DNA of 32,000 nucleotides from Mycobacterium leprae TN (GTDB lineage Bacteria; Actinomycetota; Actinomycetes; Mycobacteriales; Mycobacteriaceae): NCBI RefSeq assembly GCF_000195855.1, contig NC_002677.1, positions 1,440,001 to 1,472,000 of the forward strand, read 5' to 3'. Shown piece by piece: positions 29,315 to 32,000 of this stretch (position 1 is its first letter; each line of letters starts with the position of its first letter). The notes under the pieces were generated by a model. It saw only the letters and a program-made list of their open reading frames with translations, ran no database searches and was not told where the DNA came from. The position numbers and the translations under genes were made by a program.

Positions 29315-30492
29315 GGGCTTTAGGTTACCGCCTCAGTTGGGATCGGCTGGACGCCTGGTGTGGGGCGGATGAGACGGAAAGACGGTTGTGCACCGAATCG
29401 CGACTCACCAGAATCGCTCGCCAACCTAGTCTGATGCGGGTTGACAGCTGGGCGCTAAAAGATAATTAAGGCAGTTGCGTTTTTCGTCACTGATGTCACG
29501 TGACCAATTGCGATCGGGTACAGGGGAGATGTTTAGGCATGCGGTGGCATAGGCGTGTTTAGACCAGCGAAGGTAAATCGGATGCTTTGCTGGTGCGGGC
29601 TCGTTTGGCTGGTGCGGTCGATGAACAGGTCCACGTCACCGGCCTCAGCGAACTTTGCGGTGTGGACGATGGTGTCTATTAAGAAGTAACTGGTCTTGAC
29701 GACGTGGTAACTGGCGGTGATCTGACCGGAGTGTTAGCGGCGGCGTCTCTTAAATGCTTAATTTAGGGCGCCTTGTTTGCCGCCTCGGGCTAGCGTGTCG
29801 TCGCCTCGGGGGCTCAACGTTTCTCTACTCTAATAATATTCAGGATGAGGTTGATCGCATCCAAATGGAGCTGGTTCGCCGTGAGTAATCTGATAACACT
29901 AAGCCCGGACCAAACGACATCTAGGTTTGGGGTGCGACCGTGCGTAGCTCGTTTCGACTGTCTCGGATGGATTTAAATCGGACAGGCGCCCGATGCCAAC
30001 TGCCTGTAGATGTAGTCCTAACGCTTCTGATAACCGCCGTCGGGGTGGTACAGTGCTGACGCTATATCTATTTAGCTATTATAGATATATGTAGGGGGCG
30101 TTTGAAAGCAAATCTGCAGCAATCATATTGGTGGAGGGTTTGATAGCCGGCAGGGTTTGATGGCAGGTGTTGTTGCCATGATGGTCAGGTCTAGCGGTGT
30201 GGCTGTCGCATCAGACGACTTGGCCGGCGGGTAGCCTCTAAATATACGCACCTGGGGAAGCAGGGGTGTCTACCAAATGCCCCGGCAGAAGAACCCATAG
30301 TAAGGGCGTGTTAGGGCGTAGCTTCGCCGGCGCGGATGGGTTGGTCAACGAAATTGACCAAGGTGGTGCTGGAACGTGAGTTGAATTCGGAGCTTCCCCA
30401 ATCATTTGGGTATCGACGACATCACAAAGGTCACTGAAAGGGTCACTGAAAGCCAACTGTTCGTCATACTCGACGCGGAACTTAGCCCGTAA

Positions 30493-32000
30493 ATGTCTGA
30501 CGACGTGGCGATTATCGTCGTGCCGATTCCCCGGTTGCCGGCCAGCCCGCGCGACTTCTGGTGTGTCGTGCGCGACGGACGTGAAGTCACGCAATCGGCA
30601 GTTGACAACGTGGTCAATTTTGATGCCAACTTCTTATCGCCACGCTAGGCGAGTGCGATGGACCCTAGGTAGCGATTGGTGCTCAAGTTGATATGGGGAA
30701 CTACTTGAGGACGCGTTCGTCGTGCCAAAAACGATACTAGGACAACAGGTCGCGGTCTCCTCTCGGAGCGATTAACGACGATTACGCATTCCTGACGTTT
30801 GTTGCGGTTAACGTTGCTTCTGACTCTTTAGCTAGCACCAGTCGAGGGCTGATTGCCAACAGGGTGTCGTATTTCTTCGGGATGGGCGGCACCAGGGTGA
30901 CCGTTGATTCCAGTCAATCATCTTCTCTGGTGGCGGTTTACCTCACCTGTGGAAGTCTACGAACCGGTGCGTCGCCGCTAGCGGTTCTCCGGTGGCATCC
31001 CTCTCAACCTGGCGAGCGAAACCGTGTTATTGAAAAAGGAGTTTGGGGCATTTTCGGTGTCTGGCCACATCTAAGCGTTTGTTGGGCGCTCGGATGGATA
31101 TGTACCTTTACAGAGTGAAGGTGGCGGGTGGTTTCTGCTGAAGTTGTTACTTATTGCCGTTGACGATGGCGATAGAATCCATGCGATCATTCGTGGCAGC
31201 GCGGTTGGCAATGCCGGGCACAGCCGTCGCAGGGTTGACCGTTCCGTCCGTTTCAGGACAAGTCGTGTGATACGGAGTGCACTGTGCATTACCGGCATGG
31301 ATAGCACTGAAGTCCACTAGGTTGAGGAGCACGTAGTCGGCATCAAAATTGGCTACTCGATCTAGGCAAGGGTACCAGAGGAAATAGTCACCGATTGCCA
31401 GGACCGTCCAGTACGTGTAGCTTCAATGAAGATTGACATTGGCTACGCTGGTGGAGCAGCCGAAATCACTGGCCTGATCAAGATCGTCCTGTCGATCGAA
31501 TAGCGTATTGATTCCATCAAATTTCAACTTCGCGGACACCGGTCATGGCATCGATCTGGAAAGTCTAGGACTGCGCGTCGACACGACGCTGACACCGTGA
31601 TCGGTGCACAGTGAGTTGTTCTGGGCAGGAGTATCATTGTTCGGAACGGGTGGTACTAGCGCGCTTGTTTTTCTAGATAAGCACCAATTGTAGCGGAAAG
31701 TGTTGTTGCTTAACTGGATAACGATGTGGTCACCCTTCCTTGTGTGGTGTCCGCGTCGTTCGACGCAGGCGTTGGCAGATACGGAGGAACGGTTGTTGGC
31801 GGGCGTGGGTCAGCAACCTACGTTCGATATTGCGGGTGTCAGTTTCTCGTTGGTGACGACGTGGTCGGTGTTCGAGCCTCGGCTGGTACCGTGAGGGGTT
31901 GATCTTGGATATTTGTTTACAGAGCTGGCGGGGTTGATTTCCAGTGAGCTAGTCGTGGATGTTCTTGTAGAACAAGACTATTCGTTAGGCAAGATGGCTT
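30493..32000 (+). pseudogene. dead type I polyketide synthase gene (KS domain and KS-AT linker; continues beyond window)
   Basis: KS blocks are readable through many stops and frame changes: MSDDVAIIVVPIPRLPASPRDFW (MACRFPG type), FDANFLSPR*ASAMDP, LIANRVSYFFGMGGTRVTVDSSQSSSLVAVYL, DRIHAIIRGSAV, IGYAGGAAEITGLIKIVLSIE and VSLFGTGGTSALVFL. In the VDSSQSSSLVAVYL block the active-site Cys is replaced by Gln (CAA 30915-30917). A segment between the N-terminal block and FDAxF appears to be deleted. Confidence 0.8.

Noticed and set aside
29315..30492. The 1.2-kb region between fadD and the dead PKS, scanned in six frames for a gene or pseudogene. One example is the minus-strand piece ...ITASYHVVKTSYFLIDTIVHTAKFAEAGDVDLFIDRTSQ around 29600-29720.
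   Set aside because: I could not assign any fragment to a protein family by eye. It is probably heavily decayed DNA and would need blastx to resolve.
1..32000. A search for CRISPR arrays, tRNA/rRNA genes, IS elements with terminal inverted repeats, and toxin-antitoxin pairs.
   Set aside because: I saw no regularly spaced direct repeats, no cloverleaf-like or rRNA-like segments, no transposase motifs and no small paired ORFs. RLEP is the only dispersed repeat recognised.

Overview
This is a high-GC actinobacterial chromosome segment that I identify as Mycobacterium leprae. Nt ~11040-11740 carry the RLEP dispersed repeat; both primer sites of the widely used 129-bp RLEP amplicon, as I remember them, sit at exactly that spacing (11250-11378). 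By my coordinates about 30% of the window is pseudogene debris or non-coding. Left third: biotin genes (bioF truncated at the 5' edge, bioD, a frameshifted 2H-phosphoesterase gene, bioB, a bsaP-like zinc-ribbon gene, a membrane protein) and a decayed secreted-lipase gene. These are followed by nrtR, divergent from nadA-nadB-nadC, with a perfect 8-bp inverted repeat in the 55-bp gap. Middle: a 50-bp perfect palindrome after nadC, a frameshifted TetR gene with orphan operator-like palindromes, RLEP, transporter and esterase pseudogenes, and an (AC)9 microsatellite. This stretch is a synteny breakpoint relative to M. tuberculosis (Rv1596 next to Rv1180). Right half: a fully intact lipid locus. 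A 2118-aa pks (KS-AT-DH-ER-KR-ACP), papA and mmpL converge on a FAAL-type fadD, a Sap/GAP-like membrane gene and chp. This is the M. tuberculosis polyacyltrehalose layout (pks3/4-papA3-mmpL10-chp2-fadD21) plus one extra membrane gene. It is followed by a dead type I PKS gene that runs off the window. I saw no rRNA, tRNA, CRISPR array or transposase. All homology statements come from reading motifs by eye and from memory of the M. tuberculosis orthologues; no alignment or search was run.
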